DNA of 64,000 nt from positions 62,001 to 126,000 of the forward strand of contig JAPEUI010000036.1 in NCBI GenBank assembly GCA_026025075.1, given 5' to 3'. The stretch comes from Vezdaea acicularis (taxonomy: Eukaryota). Below are positions 24,773-38,511 of the stretch, in pieces (position 1 is the stretch's first letter; the number at the start of each line of letters is the position of its first letter). A program made the position numbers and the translations under genes. The notes beneath the pieces are model-generated. The model did no database searches and was not told the DNA's origin. It worked only from the letters and a program-made list of their open reading frames with translations.

Positions 24773-27003
24773 GTACGACCTCGATGCTAGACTCTTTACG
24801 GGAATCTGTCCTCGGAATCAGTACTCAACCAACTCGTGACCAACCACTGAGCATACCGTTTACATCTCAGAGTCCACTGGAGCCGATACATCATGGTCAT
24901 CCACCGACAAGCCTTCATGCACAAGAAATCACTTACAATTTCCCCCAAGCGGAGGTCCCCAGGACTGTTCCACCTCCTGGCGTCAGACCCTCAACGCCAG
25001 GTACCGATAGCAAAGTAGGATTGCTGCAAGGACTTGCGGGGTCGAGAAATCCAGACCCCCAGTCAGACCCTAAAATTCCAGACGCAGAAGACAAACAGAA
25101 TGGCCATTTTCCACATCTTCCAATCCCATCGAAACAGCAGCAAGATGTCCAATCACGCTCGTTCTTAGGTCAGAGGGACAGTCAAGCCCAGACCTTCCCA
25201 ATTTCGAGGCCAGTCTTAGGAACTGCTGGCATTGCTCCTGAAACGTCCTCTCCTTTCAGCACTACTCTAGGACAAATCACCGGTAATGAAGGCGCAGCCA
25301 TTGGTCCCAGCTCGACGGCCTCAGAACGTGGTCCACCTGGAAAGCTTGCAATATCAACTGCAGTCAAGCAGACGAACCCATCTCAACTGGAAAAGCCCGC
25401 AGTCACATCAACTGTAGAGTTTCCTCCACTCGAAAAACCTGCAGAACCAATCTCTATTCGTCCTACGCAACATGTTGTGCGCCGTATTGCCTCAACACCG
25501 AAGACTGAAAAGAGCACGTCTCCATCCGTCCCCTCCGCACCTCAATCCGCGAGTATTGCGGCTGCTTCTGCAATCATGAGTAGGCAACTTTCACAGCAGC
25601 CGAGCCTTGGCTCAATGACCTTTCCGGTGACTCCTACAAGCGACGCTGTTTCTGATGTGATCTCTTATACGTCAACATCTTTGTCGCGTGCCAACTCCCC
25701 TCCACCACCTAAGGTAGGTTCCGCGCCGGTCCGGGAGAAAACCAAGAGCAAGCAAAAGAAAGAGAGGAAGGAAAACGCAAAGAAGGAGGAACAGGATCGC
25801 ATCGGGTTGGAAAATCTTCCTTCGGTGGATGAAACGCACGCACCTATAATAGGCCGTAAAAAGAAGAAGACGAAGCCAGCAGCTAGTGCAGAAGCTATAG
25901 CTACTCCGTCGGTCAGCAAACCTTCAACGCCAGAGCCAAAGGCAAAGCCTGCGAAAAGGTTAGTGGAACTACCAGAAAAGAAAAAACACTCGGAGCCTGC
26001 CATTACTTTGACCGAGAAAGAGGAAAATGCGAGAGACGCTGAGAAGATTAATCAAGCCCCGCGAGGCGCCGCCCCACCCAGGGAGAGAGAGGACGGTCTA
26101 GGAATTGCTACACTAGAGCTCATTGCGGGCATGGAGCTTGGGCAAAAGTCTCTATTAGCGCCATTTCATTCCTTCCCACAACGTCAACCCCTGACGGCTG
26201 TTGAAATGGAAGACTACGAGGCGACTCGTCGTATTCATCTCTCGCCAGAAGCTGAGGCGGCGCTTCTGAACCGGGAGATGATTCGCTTCATAGGACCTCA
26301 TGGCTCGGACATCTCTCGCGTGCTGATCACGCCAAGAGGTACATTACTACGCTGTCTTAGCAAAGAGGAAGAAGACAGGTATGTAGAGCTTGAGAGCCGG
26401 CTTGACCAAGCTGAAGACGATGCGTGGACCCCTCCTGAACATCTTGTCGAAGGGGGAGTCGATACTCTGCATGGACGTATTCGCCAAAGGCGACCTCTTG
26501 GCAGTTATGAGCTCGGTGCTGAGTTTGATAACGGGCAATCGGCACCCCTCGCGCACGCTAGGACGGAAGATGCGTTTGCTTATTTCAACCAATTCGTTTC
26601 TAAGGGAAATGAAAGTGAATACGATCTTCAAAAGACTGCTTTTCGGCTTATGGCCGGCATCCCGGATCCGGTCTATGGCTCTAAGGAAGGCGAGCTCGGT
26701 TATGCCCCGCTTCCTAACGATTACACTCAGCTACCATGGACAGGCGGCTCTTGTAATTCGGCAAACCAACTCGTCGCGGCTTTGATCCATGGATTTGCCG
26801 AAGAGTTGGACGATGAAGATGTTGAAGCGCTGTATGGAAAGGAGGCGCTGAACAAAGATATGGTCACTCATATGCCACGCATACCTATTGCAGGCGTGAA
26901 AGAAGCCGAGGAGAACCTAGCCAAGGCGAAAAAGGAGTCGGTTGCTCTACAGAAGAGGTTGGAAATCCTGATTCACAAGAATAGGAAGCTCGCTGGGCTA
27001 TAG
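24773..27003 (+). CDS. Probable alternative terminal exon of NOT4 (long isoform ~1568 aa); otherwise an independent 739-aa protein from ATG 24784
   Basis: Open frame preceded by a GCTAAC branch point (24747-24752) and AG acceptors at 24766 and 24772. Both acceptors are in phase with a GTGGGT donor at 24089 in NOT4. Encodes a low-complexity P/S/K-rich region with a C-terminal coiled coil. Confidence 0.72.
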
Positions 27004-28108
27004 ACATATTCTCTTCCACGACATTGTCAAGTTCACGACAGTCGAATCGGGTTGGAAAAAGGTTCGGTGGTTTGGGTTTTATACTATTATCGATGGTGGC
27101 CATCATGGTCTGGTGCTCTGGTCATATGCCCACTCATGAGGCTTAGAAGGCTCTCCTCTCCTATACTCTCTGAGTCACTTGGCAGCTTTGGATGCCTAGC
27201 TTACTCTCGTTATGAGATACTACTGTCTACTACCTTTCGGCCCACTAGCATTGAATAGAAGTCGTTGGTAGCTCTTCAACGAATAGTTAGATTAATCCAT
27301 ACAGACTATAGGAACGCGGCTTTAGTGATTCTACAACGGTGCTGTTCCTGCTGGCCCTCCATTTGAAGACAATGTAACATGCTTGCAAGAGCTTGTGATT
27401 AGACTCACTGGCTTACAGGTTCGAGAGATTCATTTTGCATAGACTTGCTGCGACCTGGGAGACCCAAGGAAGCCCGTACTTATAAACGTAGTCCATCGCA
27501 CGACTTGGCTCTCCCCTTCATTGAGACTGGCAAGCTGTAGAGCAGGGGCAAATAAGAGAACAGTGTACTTCTTCGATGCAATAAAATATTCCTGCTAATC
27601 GATAGTAAACTTTGAGGAAGCTACATCATAGAAACGTTATCACGATGGAATCTTGAGGCTACGAAACAATTTGAATTGAAGCGCTCGCACGCAATGCTTT
27701 TACAGGGTGACGCCTCGCCCGGACCATGACCCAGCGATAGAACGCCTGACAGGATGATTGAGCTCACTACTGTCTTACTGAAGGGACAGCGAGATATGGA
27801 AGGGGGAAGAGAGCAAGAGAACGATGAAGGGGACACGCTTGGCCGCACGGCTGCCCAACCATGACAACCTGGAAAACGTAGAGCCGACCGAGTTCCAAGC
27901 CCTTATAGATACCTTGCACTTCTTCTTGCCACCGTACGCTCAGACGGGCTCTCGGGAAGAAAAAAATCTTCTTCTTTGACGGAAATCGCTTCAACTTGTC
28001 GTTCGTCCACCGCTAAAGCAAGGGCAGCTAGAGAAGATAAAGTTTCAGCACTCAATATCCTAGTGAAGCAATCGAGCAGGAGAAAGGGCTAGATCACGGT
28101 CGATGGAA

Positions 28109-31100
28109 TCAAGACTTACGATTCGCGTCCCTTAAGCTGCCGAGCTTCTCTTGCGCACTCTCGAGAATGCCCTTTTGTCTGCTGAGTTTTGCGCGCAGCT
28201 TCTCGCGCTCGCTGTTTTCGGTGAGAAGAGCTTTAGAGTTTGCACTGGCTTCTTCGCCCAGCAGTCCAAGACCCTCAGTGAATGCTTCTCTGACCCCTTC
28301 TCCAAGTCTGACGAACAGGGTTCCCATTATGCTCATACAGATGTTATCGATGAATCTCTTGTGTGCAATGGCGTAATAGGCGCGGACATGGGCCATCACC
28401 TCAATCTGCTTCAAATACGGATCATCTCCCAGTTGCTCATCGCTAACCTTCTTCAGAGCGGCTACCTTTTGAGACTCGATCTGCTGCTGGTCGTTCTTGA
28501 GTCTCAATTCACCTTTTCGAATTTGATCGTCGATGAATTGTTCGGCTCGTGCGTTTCGTCGCATCTCGAGGAATTGAGCCAACGACTTTTGGCATTCGTT
28601 TGCATGATCTTTTTCGTTCGAGAACCATGCTTGGTGTGACTCCAAATAGTAAAGTTTCATCAGGTCCTCTCTTTGCTCCTCAATGAGGTTGTTCTGATAT
28701 TCTTCTGAAATCAATTTGACCTTGTCAAAAAGCGGTGTCAATCGATAGTTTCCAAATGCTTGATCTACTTGTTCAGTCAAGAGCTTCTTAATGAGCTCTG
28801 CAGTCACTGAGAGGAAGTGAGTAAGGGGTTCATCCCAGTGTTGAACACTTTCCGTTATGAGGGTATGGTACACCATAGGGTCGACAATATTCAGCCCGTT
28901 CATTGCGGTTTCGTCTATGATTCTCTTGATTTCTCTTATGGTAAACTTCTTCGCTTGGTCTAGATCCCTGATTAGCTTCCTTCGTAGAGCAGAATATATC
29001 ACTTACGTCTTGCAGGTGGGAATGAAAGTTCATCCGGCTCTACCGCACGTCTCATTCTGACTGGGCTCTGCTCTTCTTCCTCAATGTCTATCTCTATCCT
29101 CTCGCTAGAATACCTGACCCGTTTGGGAGTCGGCGTCTGTTGCTCGGGTGCTCGTTTCGCTGGGGAGCGATGAGGCTGTATGTCTCTAACGATCAAGCCT
29201 GGCCTAAGGGCGGTGACGGCTTTTTGAAAGACTTTAGAAATTTTAAGCCTGTCGCGTGAGTTTAGCTCGACTCTTTAGGTGATTGCAAAGATATTTTTCT
29301 TACCATCTACTACGAAAATGCGTGTAGCCACGACTTCCATCCACATGCTTGTTTAGTTGGTTGTGGAGAAAATCAATTCTGCCAAATATGAGCATCAGGG
29401 AGTTCTCATCAGGAGGCTTGGGTAGCCGCTCCAGTTCCTCTTCCACCGTCTGAAGTCTCGTTGCCACTTGCTCGGTAATGTAGGGTAGTCTTTGGGTAGT
29501 ACAGAGGTTAATTGAAAAGAATGATTTGATTGTGATGGGGGCGCTTACTCGTATAGTATCAATTCTGATAGATGCTGCGAGAGAGCAGTTTGTAGATTGA
29601 CTGTTCCATACCGCGCTACTTGATCTATTGGGTCCCCGATGTGGCCAAACGCTTGCCTCCACTCCTGTTTATTGAAAAATTCAGTTTCCTTAAAGCGAGC
29701 TTGCTCATGCGTGTAACTGCGATCGAGAAGCTCTGACTGGCTGGGCTGCTTGCAAATGAAATCTACAGGTATTTAGTCAGCCCAGGTCGCAAGGGTTGAC
29801 ACCCCAATATCTACTTACACCCGCGGCGCAAGGGGAACTTCTGGCCGGTCATGATCTCCTCCCACTGCTTAAGAGCACCAGTGCCGAGCACTCTGTCGGG
29901 CTTTGTCAGAACGCCAATAGTGACATCCTCCTTTTTTTGCTGCCTAATAATTGAATATGCAGTCGACGTCGCCGCGTCCGCAGTCATGCTTAATGTCAGC
30001 AAGATAAGGGTCGACTTTGGTCGTATGTATCGTATCATTAGATTCTTGACAACGTCCACGAGGTAATCTTCCTCGCCCTGTTAGACTATTGTCAGAATTC
30101 AAGTTGCCAATCTTCCGGAGGATCGACTCTTAGCTTACGTTATCTGCAGTGCTGATCACCCCTGGCAGATCGACAAAGGATAAGTTTGGAAGATTAGGGC
30201 CACAAATCTAAGGGCATTAGCTTGTCTTCTCGTAATAACTTTCAGTGGCTTACATTAACTCGCACTACATTTGGAGAAAACTTGGCCGCATTTGTATGAG
30301 TAACGATGTCCTTCACTGCTTCATCGCGGTAGTTACAGGTATCGCAAAGGGTGATATATTTTTCGGGTTCTACCATTGGATTAAGGGTCGCTTTTTGTGC
30401 CCAGTACAATACGTTCTCCAGGTCATCTTTTCTATTCACAGTCTTGAAGGGAGTCTCTTCGGCATTCCAGGGTGTCCAAGGGCCAAGATACTCGTTAGAG
30501 GAACTGCTTCTGGACGTCTTCATGAGCCCGGGGTCGTAGGCAAAATGTTTGACTAGCACTACGCTACATTTCCAAACTTCATCTTTTTCGTTCTGAGTGA
30601 TGCTTATCTCCAGAGGGCATGATGTGCACTTTCCCTCAGAGCGAGGTACCTTTAGTTCCGAAAGGCCTATATACCTTTGGTATTAATACTCGTCAAGATA
30701 CATCAAGTATGAGGTTCTACTTACCCTCGATCAAAGAGCTTTTACCAGTGCTTTGATCGCCAACAACGACAATCTTAGGCAAGGGCTTGATGACTTCTTC
30801 AACCCCAGTTTGACGGAGCTCTGTCACGATGTCGACGAGTTGCTTGATCCCGCGGCCCAACTGCTCTAGACTTCTACTACTGGAGGCCGGAGGTACACTT
30901 GCTGCATGGCCATTGGTAGTGGATTCTCGCTCGTATTCGAGAGAAAATCCTGTCGGAAGGTCAGCTTCCTAGAGTGGAGATTTCTTATGGTGGGCACTCA
31001 AGGATACCTTTCGCATATTCTGGGGAGTCAATGCCCAAACTAAGGACTTGATGACTGTCTTGCATGGCAGTATTATAGCCAACATTTGTACCGTTCATGA

Positions 31101-31224
31101 CTATATCTGAAGTCCTGGCGGTATCGCCAGAACCGACCACGTCCTGGCTGTTCGGGGTAAGGGGATGCTGATAAAAGGGTGATGATCTTATCGGGTCGAA
31201 CGTGGACCCTCTAGTGGAACGCAT
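28109..31224 (-). CDS. Dynamin-superfamily GTPase (fungal Mx-like type) with middle and GED domains, multi-exon
   Basis: Spliced motifs G1 VVGDQSTGKSSLIEG, G2 VPRSEGKCTSCPLEI, G3 FVDLPGVI, G4 GVLTKPD, and GED MAHVRAYYAIAHKRFIDNI. About 8 introns, most traced in frame. Start taken at ATG 31224; ATG 31290 probably lies in a 5'UTR intron. Confidence 0.88.
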
Positions 31225-31924
31225 CACGCTTATTGGGTCCAGTTCGTAGAGAACCTGGAGATAGGAGAAAGTGTTAGCTCGAGTATTCATGTAGAAGAGC
31301 GGCGGGCTAGAAATTACGAGATCTTAATGCAAAGTCAAGACTTAGGCTCGCTGCGCTCTGGAGGGTATAAAGAAAGAGCAACTAACTTAAGATACAGACC
31401 GATGAACTTATGGCCTGTCAAAGGCCAAAACGTTGTAGGTTTGGTGGGATGCCCTCGCCGAACCTCTATGCTCTATTGTGGCCGTTTGACGAGATGCTGA
31501 CAAAGTCGTCATGTAAAGGATCGGCCACAACGAAGGTCTGTCAAAGTATCTAGCGAAGTTTACAACGATAGTTGCAAAAGAGACAGGAGATATTCAGAAT
31601 GAGCCTGGAGAAGCACCAAAGCACTAGATTACAACTGCAGCGAGCGAAGTGATTCAAGAATGGGCTGAAGAGCAACGCTGCCAAGAATTCTTGCGAGTTA
31701 GAAGAATCATGGACGAAGAAGGAGGCAGGCTTTTCTCGATTGCAGGCAGCGGGGCAGAGTAAGGCAAAGCTTACGTCGTACGTGATTGGTAAAATGAGAT
31801 GTACTGGATGACGGTATGCAGTACATATGAGGCATTCCCCTCCCACCATATATACTCCGAATCACACATCACTCTCCTAATCGCGAACGCGACCACCTCT
31901 ACCTGCGCGTTCCACCGCACCATT

Positions 31925-32323
31925 ATGGTAAGGCGAAACGCGTATGCTAAATGCTATGAGCTGCGCTTCGAAGCTGGTCGGGATTAGGTCGTGATCATGC
32001 TTGTAAGTCAACCAATCGGACTTTGCAGGCATACTGATTTAATGCGGGCAGATCCACAGAATTAAGCGAGACAGGAAACCTAGGGTCAAGCTACAGGAAG
32101 TTCCAACTTTATTCCGACCTCTAGCGAGCTTCCCATACAATCGGGAAATGGAACTGTGTACAGCTGTTGAAAAACACATTTTGCCCGTACGTTCGAGTGT
32201 GACATGGCGTGCATGAGGTACGACGCTAGGTAAGGGCCACTGTTTGTCGCCGTGCTCGACAGGAGCTCACGCGGTCAGAACTCTGCAGCAAGAGCTGTGC
32301 AGCGTTTGATGGCTCCATTCCGT
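31925..32323 (+). other. Putative small multi-exon transcript (microprotein or spliced ncRNA)
   Basis: TATA-like box at 31848, then ATG|GTAAGG, a 15-nt exon 31988-32002, an intron GTAAGT...ACTGAT...CAG, a 135-nt open exon 32052-32186 and a GTACGT donor. The 3' structure is uncertain. Confidence 0.4.
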
Positions 32324-33191
32324 AAGGCTTCGTCTTTCCTTCCATGGCGTGACGAGCACACCGCCCACGAAGAGAGACTTAGCAATGCAATGCAGTTTCA
32401 AATTTCATTTAGTGCAGAGACTACTGATAGCTCTGGAATGATATCTTGAGCCCCTCCTCCAGCTTTGGACAGCGCTCAGATTCTATGTGCTGCAGCCAGT
32501 CGCAAAGCCTTTTGCCAATGTCGGAAACGGTCGTATACCTGCCTCTCGCGCAAGCCATAGAGAGGAGCATATGTCTCACGCGCCAAAGCTGAAAACCATG
32601 AAATTGATCTCCTTTGTGTCTCATAAGATTCTTCGTGACTTAGTGGCGCGACACGTCAAGAGTGTAATCTTCCTTGACGAAACGAATTCATGATGTAGTG
32701 CGTATGCCGGGACAATGGCTTACCCAAAGCCACGACGCTTTTCGTCCACCCTGAGAAATCCCATAAGGCACCGAACTAGCAGGTCGAGCCTTACTGGTAA
32801 TTGTAGTTGTATGTGACTTGAAGCCAGCAATATCCGGTTCAACGTCCAGATACACGGCACCATAATTGTGGCATACCTGTGACAAGTTCGAAAATGTCTG
32901 TACATAATGTATCAGTTCGGATAATTACTAACGTCATATCCAGAGTCATTCCTTCCTTTGATACTGATAGGTATCTTGAATCACTTATTGAAATGTCTGA
33001 ATCATCCTTTTTCATACGCATTCTATTCATCATCTGAAGACGTTCATGCAATCTGCAATAAGGTGCCCACTACATTACATGCGTTGGAGGCCATAAATTG
33101 GCTGACACTGGGAAATCACTAAAACCAGTACGACATAATCACGCCTCTCTTGAAGCGTTAGATATCACAGGCCAGCCACAACGCGCAATCA

Positions 33192-35958
33192 TCACACATT
33201 ACCGAGCACGACACTAAAACGCAGACGTCCATCACTAGAGCGATTCCCGCCGTCGTCTGTATCTTTGGCGCTGTCATCAAGAATTAGCGTACTGCTTTTC
33301 CAGCCCTAATTGCAATTAGCTCAATTCATATAGTTGTAGCGAGGCGTTACATACCCAGCTTTGGCTATAATTGAACGTATCCGGGGCACTTTCATAAACA
33401 CTGAGGAGCCTTCCCCCTCGGCTCGGACTGTAGATCTTAAAGTACGTCTTTATCGTTGGTCTTGAATCTGTGTACTGGGGAAGGGTCGGTGGCCGTGCAA
33501 AGGGACCAACCAACGTCTCATCATTATCGTCAGAGCCTTCATCGAGAGTACAGCCTCGCCCTGATGCTGCCATAGTTGACAACAAGAGTGTCGAATCGTG
33601 GCTAGAACGCTTAGTCGACCCCTGGCCTTGGAAACCGCCGTATACAACCGTTCGAGAGCTTGCTGTAGTTGGGTCCGAATACAACGTTGTCGGGCACATT
33701 TCATGCCCCGAACTGCCACTATCATCTGAAGCTTGCAACTGAGCCTCATACTGACGCCGTCGGCGAGTGCGTTGCTCACGACGGCGCATCAACATCTCTC
33801 TTTCTAGTAGGCCAATGCGCTCATCTACTGTGCTCATATTGACGTCGCCTGAACCAATGTCACTATCTCTGTCTCTTGCACGGTGTAAGTAGACCCCGAG
33901 CTGCGTGCTTTTTGCAGAACGAACTTTCTGGATGTAAATCTTCCACATACTGCCAGCGTACCACACAGTTCGAGAATAGACTCGCTTTCTCTCCTTGAGC
34001 AATCGAGGGTTTGGGAACTCGGCACTGAAGCGAAATGGTGGGTATATTGTGTACGAGAGTGGTGCTATGGGCTCGCTGCTTGGCGATCGAGACTGAGAGT
34101 CAGACTTTGGCTTTGAAACCGGATCGGTGTCGGTCGTGGTGGAGGGTTCTGCAGGATGCCAAGCAGAATCATATTGAGTGGGGTGCGCCGAAGATGTGCG
34201 ATATGAGGTAGGTACTGTACTGTCAGGTACCTCGCCAACCACACTTGTAGAATCAACGCTGGGAACCCACCACCTTTGAGGTTCATGGTGGTCTCCTGAA
34301 TCTTTGTCGATATCTTCCGGCTCCTTAGAGTTAATATTGATCCATTCACCTCCATCACTCTGGGAACTTGACTTCCTTTGCATATCGTGGACCTGTGAGG
34401 ACCGCCCATCTCTCAAAGTTTGGCAGAGACCGAGCTCCATTTCGTGGTCTTCGGCGCTCATGACTTTCTGCCTCAGCTCCATTGCAGCCCATAATGCGTC
34501 CGCAATGATATTATCTGGTAATATTGTGCTGCCAAGGCAGTCTTTCTGCTTCCTAATGTACTGCAATTGCTCGAATGTTAGATGTACATAGTGTATACTT
34601 TCATCGAGAAGCCTTGAGAGAGGTTGAATGTCGGGATGAAAGTAAATCTTTTCGAGCATCTCGTCTTCAACCTTTGGGTTCCCTGAAAGAGCGCTTGACA
34701 TGAGGGGCTTGTTTGGTGACACAGCTATTGGGTTCCGATGCTGTTTTTGGTAGGAATCTAGAAGACCCATCTGCTGAGCTTTCGCTTTGAGGCTGCGATC
34801 ATAGAGCTTCTTAGCTAGGATCCATCTTTCCCATTCCCCTTCCACAAAGAAACCATCTCCACCGACTATCTCGCTAACAATTTCTCCTGGAATGTCGTCC
34901 CAGAAGTCTGTAGGCATCTGCCAGCCTTCTCGATACAACAGTGCCTTAGCTGACGCTAAAAGACGCTCCCCAGGTTTACCGTAATAGCTCTTGGACACCA
35001 ACCTTATTATCTTGGACGTGTTTCTGGTCGTTAATTGGCGTAAAAGTGATTCAACACTAGCTTCGACTAAATCTGACATCTCAAGCCAACACGCAGTGGC
35101 AAATAGTCCGGCAGCTTCCTTATATTCATCTTCAGGGACTACAGATCCATAGAGCCGTCTCAACGCAAGAACAAACGCACTAGCCGTGATATTTGAGTCA
35201 ATTTTCTCGGGCTCCAACGTGATTTCTTTCGCAGTACTTTCTGTCCACGGAGATGATAGCGCTGAAGAGAAGAAGGGGGCACGATCGAGAATCAGTCGGT
35301 GAAGCGGAAAGCTATTACCGAACGCATGAATAACGATGTCTGAATGGCGACCATCCAGGAATCCACGGGAGAGAAGGTGCTCAGCAAGGGGCGTCGGAGT
35401 GGAAGATGCTTGTGTGTAGGTCAAGTTAAGTGGCCGGTGAAGGGAAGGTTCAAGAGAAGGTTGTGAAATGGCAGTGGAACCTAGCATTCTCGCAAGAGTC
35501 GCAGGTGTAGTACTACCGTATCTGTCGTGGGTCGAGGAGCGGCAGAGAGGGCTTGAGGGATCATCAACGTCTTTTTGAACTCGCTGACGGCGGGATCGGG
35601 TACTCGAAGGCGAGATTTGTTGGGCGGCAGGCACAGATTCAGCGAGGATGTCGGAACTTTGTCGGGTGGACGCATTGCTCATACCCCCAGACATGACAAC
35701 ATCTGCTGTGTTGGGAGACATCGAAGATGTTGCGTATGTACCAGAAGAGAGGGTGGAGTGGGCGGGGTTACCAGGAGGTGAATTTAGAGGCCTGCTGGGA
35801 ATGGATGCCTGCCCAACCGACTCTTCAGGAGGTAGCTGTGAGTGACGGGGTAGGGGCGAAGATCTAGTTAGTCCAGTTACTAGGTTGTGCAGACCTTGAG
35901 CACCGGCGGGGTCAGCCTGACCTTCATCGAGGACCGGAGTTGGTATATCAGACATCAT
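33192..35958 (-). CDS. BTB/POZ-domain protein with MATH/TRAF-like C-terminus (probable Cullin-3 adaptor)
   Basis: BTB motif GFLDGRHSDIVIHAFGNSFPLHRLILDRAPFF; C-terminal PPFRFSAEF...SRTVWYAGSMWKIYIQ. An intron at about 33354-33306 gives the ending SQSWGWKSSTL...LRFSVVLGNV*. Start assumed at MMSDIP. Confidence 0.85.
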
Positions 35959-36501
35959 CAATATGTGACCCGGAGCAGGCGCAAACCCTAGTTGTGATGT
36001 TGCATTCACTTGACGGCAAGCAACCTAATGGTACATTGGATACCATGCGCACTACGATGAGGCGGAATATTGGATCGTGTATGCAGCCCCTCAGACTGCG
36101 GAAAATGATATAAGGAAAAGGATTGGGCCGAGAGCGTAAACCTAGAGAAGAGGCCGTAGTGTCGTTCCGCGTCCCGCGACTACAGCAGACGCGAGGACTA
36201 TTTCTGGTTCCTGAGCAGACTAGCCTCTACTCGCCGTCTATCCACGGACAAAAATATCAAGTGCTGGATATCGTGTTGTGCTGGGCTAGAGTTAAAGATC
36301 TAAGTCATTCAAGCACATGTTTGACGGCGCTGTTTGGTGGCGGGGGAGAGTTTGACTTGCGGGAACGATGAACAAGGATGACCGCGCGGAACACCTCCGA
36401 TTGGCTCGCGAATCTCGTATTGATCATCATCGAAAACGGACAGCTTAGATTGCTCGAAGTCTATCTTTTAGCTGAAGACAAGAAACTCCAATTTGTCACC
36501 C

Positions 36502-38111
36502 ATGGCCTCAATTTCTTTCACCTTATGCTCTCTGAGAAGGGCCACTCCAAAGCTTAAAGGCAAGGGTCTCATCTGCAGCCAATGCGTAGGACATCTTGGT
36601 CTCTCTCAAGCAGTCAAACGAAAAGCAAATTCATCGTGGAACTCGTCTCGCCTCAACTCTACCGCCGCCACCTATAATCAGGCAAGCAGCCTAATATCCT
36701 TAGGGAATAAGGTAGGTAGCCCCCTTGGTGCATTAAGCAATACCGTCCGGGGTGAAGGCTACAGATCGGGATCGCGGTTCTTTCCACAGCAAGACGATAA
36801 GGTCGTAGGGAAATGGCTCGTAGGAAGCGCCATTAGTGTCTTTGGTATCGTTGTATTTGGTGGGCTGACAAGATTAACGGAATCTGGGTAAGCGCTATCC
36901 TAGAGCCATCGGTTCAAATACATGTACTGATCAGGCCCAGTCTGAGCATAACGGAATGGCGTCCAGTGACAGGCTCTCTCCCACCACTATCAGTCGCAGA
37001 CTGGGATTCCGAGTTCAGCAAATACCGAGCCTCTCCTGAATTTAAGCTACTTAACCCTCACATGACCCTCTCGGAGTTCAAAAAGATCTATTATATGGAA
37101 TGGACACATCGACTATGGGGACGTGTAGTCGGTCTTAGTTTCGCCCTCCCACTCGTGTATTTCGTTGCGCGGCGGCGAATTAGTGCCCGCACGGCTCTCG
37201 CATGCACGGGAATAGCAGGTCTCATAGGCTTTCAGGGTGTACTGGGATGGTGGATGGTAAAATCAGGGCTGAAAGACGATTTATTCGCGCCGGGCTCGCA
37301 CCCTAGGGTCTCACAATACAGGCTGGTGGCTCACTTGAGTACCGCATTCCTTGTCTATACGAGTATGCTTTGGAATGGGCTATCCATTATGCGTTCTCAT
37401 GCCCTCCTCAACAAATACGAGCCGGCTCGGCTGGTTGGGTATTTATCGTTATTCACCTCTCCTGCTTTGCGTACCTTTCGAGGCTCTGTCCTTGCTATGA
37501 GCCTTCTTGTCTTTATCACGACGATGTCAGGTGGCTTAGTCGCTGGATTGGACGCCGGACTGATCTATAATGATTTTCCATGGATGGGCACTAGCCTTGC
37601 ACCACCAAAGTCTGAGCTCTTCTCTGACTTCTACTCGAGGCGTGCCGATGGCTCTGATATTTGGTGGCGGAATATGCTCGAGAATCCATCCACAGTCCAG
37701 CTGGATCACCGAATTCTAGCTACAACTACATTCTGTAGCGCTATCGCGTTGTGGGCGTACACTCGCTTTGTCCCAGCCGTAAAGGCTGCTCTTCCTGCAG
37801 TAGCCAAGAAGAGCACCACGCGTGTTGTGCATCTGGTGCTCTTGCAAGCAACTCTTGGGATTTCGACACTTATCTATATGGTCCCTGTACCACTTGCAGC
37901 ACTCCACCAGGCGGGCGCTCTAGCAGTTCTGACAGGAATGGTGGTTCTTGCCAATAAAATGCACGTGCCTAAGGGTTTATTGAGGGTAGTGCATCAGAGA
38001 GCAAGGATGCAGCGCACCGTCACCCCAAAGGCAGGGTTGTCAAAGCCTGGAGAAACCACAAGAATGAAGCAAAATGTCAAGACTTCGCCAGGTTCCATTG
38101 AATCGACTTAG
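36502..38111 (+). CDS. COX15: Heme A synthase / cytochrome c oxidase assembly protein
   Basis: Exons 36502-36887 and 36941-38111. Motifs [75 protein letters not shown]. Confidence 0.96.
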
Positions 38112-38511
38112 GCTTCATCTACAAAGCGGACACAATCCGTTCGGGTATTTGCTAAGCAGGCTCAGGCATAAGAATGACCAGTACAACTTCATGGCAGCAA
38201 TTAGGGAGGGTATACTTCAGTCATTCGAGGGCTATTCGGATACGGAGCGTTTGTAAGGTATGGGGCTTGGGACGGTGATTAGTTTTAACTCGATTCGGGG
38301 CATGTATAAGCTCGACTATGATTGATTGACCGGTCAACTCAACTCTTGGCTGTATGGAAAAAGCTCTATCCTTGCTTGCACTCTTGGGTGACTCAGGAAT
38401 ACGCATTACTTGATGCTGGTAGAGCAAAACCTTCGACCATAGCCCTAAGTACTTCCTAACGATCAAATCTTCTGATCCAAGTTCCCAGCTGCTTTAGCGG
38501 TGCATCAAGAT

